Under the pieces are notes generated by a model. That model had not been told where the DNA came from and did no database searches. It saw only the letters and a program-made list of their open reading frames with translations. Both the position numbers and the translations under genes were made by a program. Positions 61,646 to 64,000 of a DNA stretch of 64,000 bases are shown here, piece by piece. Each line of letters starts with the position of its first letter. Within the stretch, counting starts at the first letter, position 1. The DNA is from Narcine bancroftii (taxonomy: Eukaryota): NCBI RefSeq assembly GCF_036971445.1, contig NC_091474.1, forward strand, positions 139,562,001 to 139,626,000, read 5' to 3'.

Positions 61646-62731
61646 GAGATAGTCAAATGGATTGAACATTGGCTGAAAGGGAGAGGCCAGAGAGTGGTAG
61701 TGGATAATTGTCTGTCAGGTTGGAGGCCGGTGACCAGTGGTGTGCCTCAAGGATCTGTATTGGGCCCATTGTTGTTCGTTATATACATTAATGATCTAGA
61801 TGATGGGGTGGTAAATTGGATTAGTAAATATGCAGACGATACTAAGATAGGTGGAATAGTGGATAATGAAGAAGGTTTTCAAGGATTGCAGAGGGATTTG
61901 GGCTGCTTAGAAAAGTGGGCTGAAAAATGGCAGAAAAGTGTGAGGTGCTTCATTTTGGTAAGAAGAATCAGAATAGGACATATGTGGTAAATGGGAGAGC
62001 ATTGATGAATACAGAAGAGCAGAAAGATTTAGGAGTAACGGTACATCGTTCCCTGAAGGTAGAAACTCACGTGAATAGGGTGGTGAAGAATGCTTTTAGT
62101 ATGCTGGCCTTTATCAATCATTGCATGGAATATAGGAGTTGGGAGGTGATGTTGAGACTGTATAAGACGTTGGTGCGGCCTAATTTGGAGTTCTGTGTGC
62201 AGTTCTGGTCGCCTAATTATAGGAAGGATATAAACAGAGTGGAGAGAGTGCAGAGAAGGTTTACCAGAATGTTACCTGGGTTTAAGCATCTAGAGTATAG
62301 GGAGAGATTGGACAGATTAGGTCTTTATTCTTTGGAGCGTAGAAGGTTGAGAGGGGATTTGATAGAAGTATTTAAGATTATGAAAGGGATAGACAGAGTG
62401 GATGTGGATAGACTATTTCCGTTAAGAGGAGGAAAGATTAAAACAAGAGGACATGAGTTAAGAATTAAGGGGCAGAGGTTTAGAGGTAACATGAGGGGGA
62501 ACTTCTTTACTCAGAGAGTGGTAGACGTGTGGAATGAGCTTCCGGGAGAAATAGTGGCGGCGGAGTCAATTGTATTATTTAAGAAAAGGTTGGACAGGTA
62601 TATGGATGAGAAGAAGATGAAGGGTTATGGGCATTGTGCAGGGAGGTGGGACTAGAGAGGGGTGTTTGGTTTGGTGCAGACTAGAAGGGCCTAATGGCCT
62701 CTTTCCGTGCTGTAATTGTTATGTTATGTTA
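61646..62731 (+). mobile_element. Young 5'-truncated CR1 LINE with (TGTTA)n tail
   Basis: [29 protein letters not shown]; one small frameshifting deletion near 61932, otherwise intact C-terminus; tail tgttatgttatgtta. Confidence 0.95.
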
Positions 62732-63877
62732 TTGATTTTGTACTTGTGTATTTCTCATAATGCAGTAGTGTATTACATTGTTGAGTTGTACTAAGAATAT
62801 GCATTATACCTGCTACAGGATGATGGAAGATGAGACCCCCATTGTCTCATCTCCCAATATCGTATTTATCACCTGCATGGTAATCTTTAGCATTTCTTGC
62901 TTTCTGAATTCAAAGTGATTGAAAATTTCTATTCAATTATTACAGTCAATTAATCACACAGGTAACTTTTCTGGATTAAACAATTATTATTCTGAATCTG
63001 AAGGAACATTATTGGATGAGATAATTGGCGAGAGATTTATCAAGTTAAAAGTTTATAAGCACAAATGTTTCAAATGGAAAATAATTTGGACTTCTGTTCA
63101 GGTAATTTGAGTTAATGTCATTTTGGGGTGTTTATCATGCACCAGCTGGAGGTAGACTAAAGCAGAAATGTCAGAAATAATTTTTCACATAAACTTTAGG
63201 GATGGAAAGGAAATTAATTAAATTTATGGTTGTTTGAGAGAATCTTATTGATTTTGGACTCTCAAACAGACCAAAACATGTGTCTTTATGCTGAAGTCTG
63301 AATGTGATAGATTAAAAAGCAATTACATAGCAGAAAATATATTTTACCCTTTCCTATTAAATTATTTGAACAGGCAACTCAAAGCAGTGACAATAGTTTA
63401 TTCGCTAGCACCAATTTTCTTTGTATTTATCACAAGCAATGCATGAAACAGTCACTGAACTGTGCAATTCTCCAATGTTGTTTTAACTTCAATGATATAT
63501 ATTTATATAAGAGAGATCTACAAATAATTGTAGTTTCCAGAACTATCAGATGCAGTTAATATTTGCCCAATGCATGCTTATGTGTAAAATATCCATTAAG
63601 AGGATCTGTGACTGGCGAATGATCTAATGATGATCCAACCTAAAGAAGAGTTGAGCCTAGAATAGCAGACAATTTAGATAGACTGGTGCCCTGTGGTATA
63701 TTGAGCAAGTTACAAATCATAGGGGACAGTGAATTTGCTCCCTTACCATTAAAATAGACACTCTATAACACAGTCTGATCTCTTGCTGCAATGATATTGA
63801 GCACCTGAACTGAAAACCTGTTGTCAGCCATCTGAACACTGACCAGCTCATCGCAGTTAGTTGAGTATTAGTGGAGC

Positions 63878-64000
63878 CTCGGTGGCCAGTGGAGAGCTCG
63901 CCATATAACACGATCTTGGGAAGGCGATGGTCCTCCATTCTGGAGACGTGACCCACCCAGCGCAGCTGGATCTTCAGCAGCGTGGACTCGATGCTGTCGA
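63878..64000 (-). mobile_element. RTE LINE fragment running off the window end
   Basis: Near-identical to 30595-30715 and 38415-38535. Confidence 0.9.

Noticed and set aside
62919-63110. 63-aa ORF as a terminal tpo exon
   Set aside because: No hydrophobic helix, no recognisable TPO similarity and no convincing in-phase acceptor.
1-64000. Most 60-130 aa ORFs in the supplied track
   Set aside because: They are TE fragments, antisense shadows or chance ORFs; the real gene is spliced.

Overview
This is vertebrate genomic DNA, not prokaryotic. The repeat families present (V-SINE/HE1-like SINEs, CR1, Rex1/Babar, Tx1, Penelope-like) suggest a cartilaginous fish (inference). The window holds the middle of a thyroid peroxidase (tpo) gene on the + strand: ten GT-AG exons equivalent to human TPO exons 5-14, from 9126 to 49877. 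They total 2169 nt (723 codons), join in phase with no stops, and encode the heme-peroxidase domain, a CCP/sushi domain and a Ca-binding EGF domain. The 5' exons and the transmembrane exon were not found. Most of the remaining sequence is decayed transposable elements. I found no new multi-gene system. The most interesting signals are structural: (1) a near full-length RTE LINE with a twin-priming-type 5' inversion, nested in an L1 that expanded a ~93-bp intron to 4.5 kb; (2) an LTR element with a self-complementary, tRNA-independent PBS position, flanked by a ~330-bp duplication; (3) a 117-bp direct repeat bracketing the in-frame EGF exon; (4) a fossil 48-bp/16-codon tandem repeat; (5) decayed Penelope hammerhead-ribozyme motifs; (6) an extra cysteine in the TPO CCP domain. 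Exon, LTR and TSD coordinates were counted by eye. Other repeat boundaries are approximate, and human TPO comparisons are from memory.
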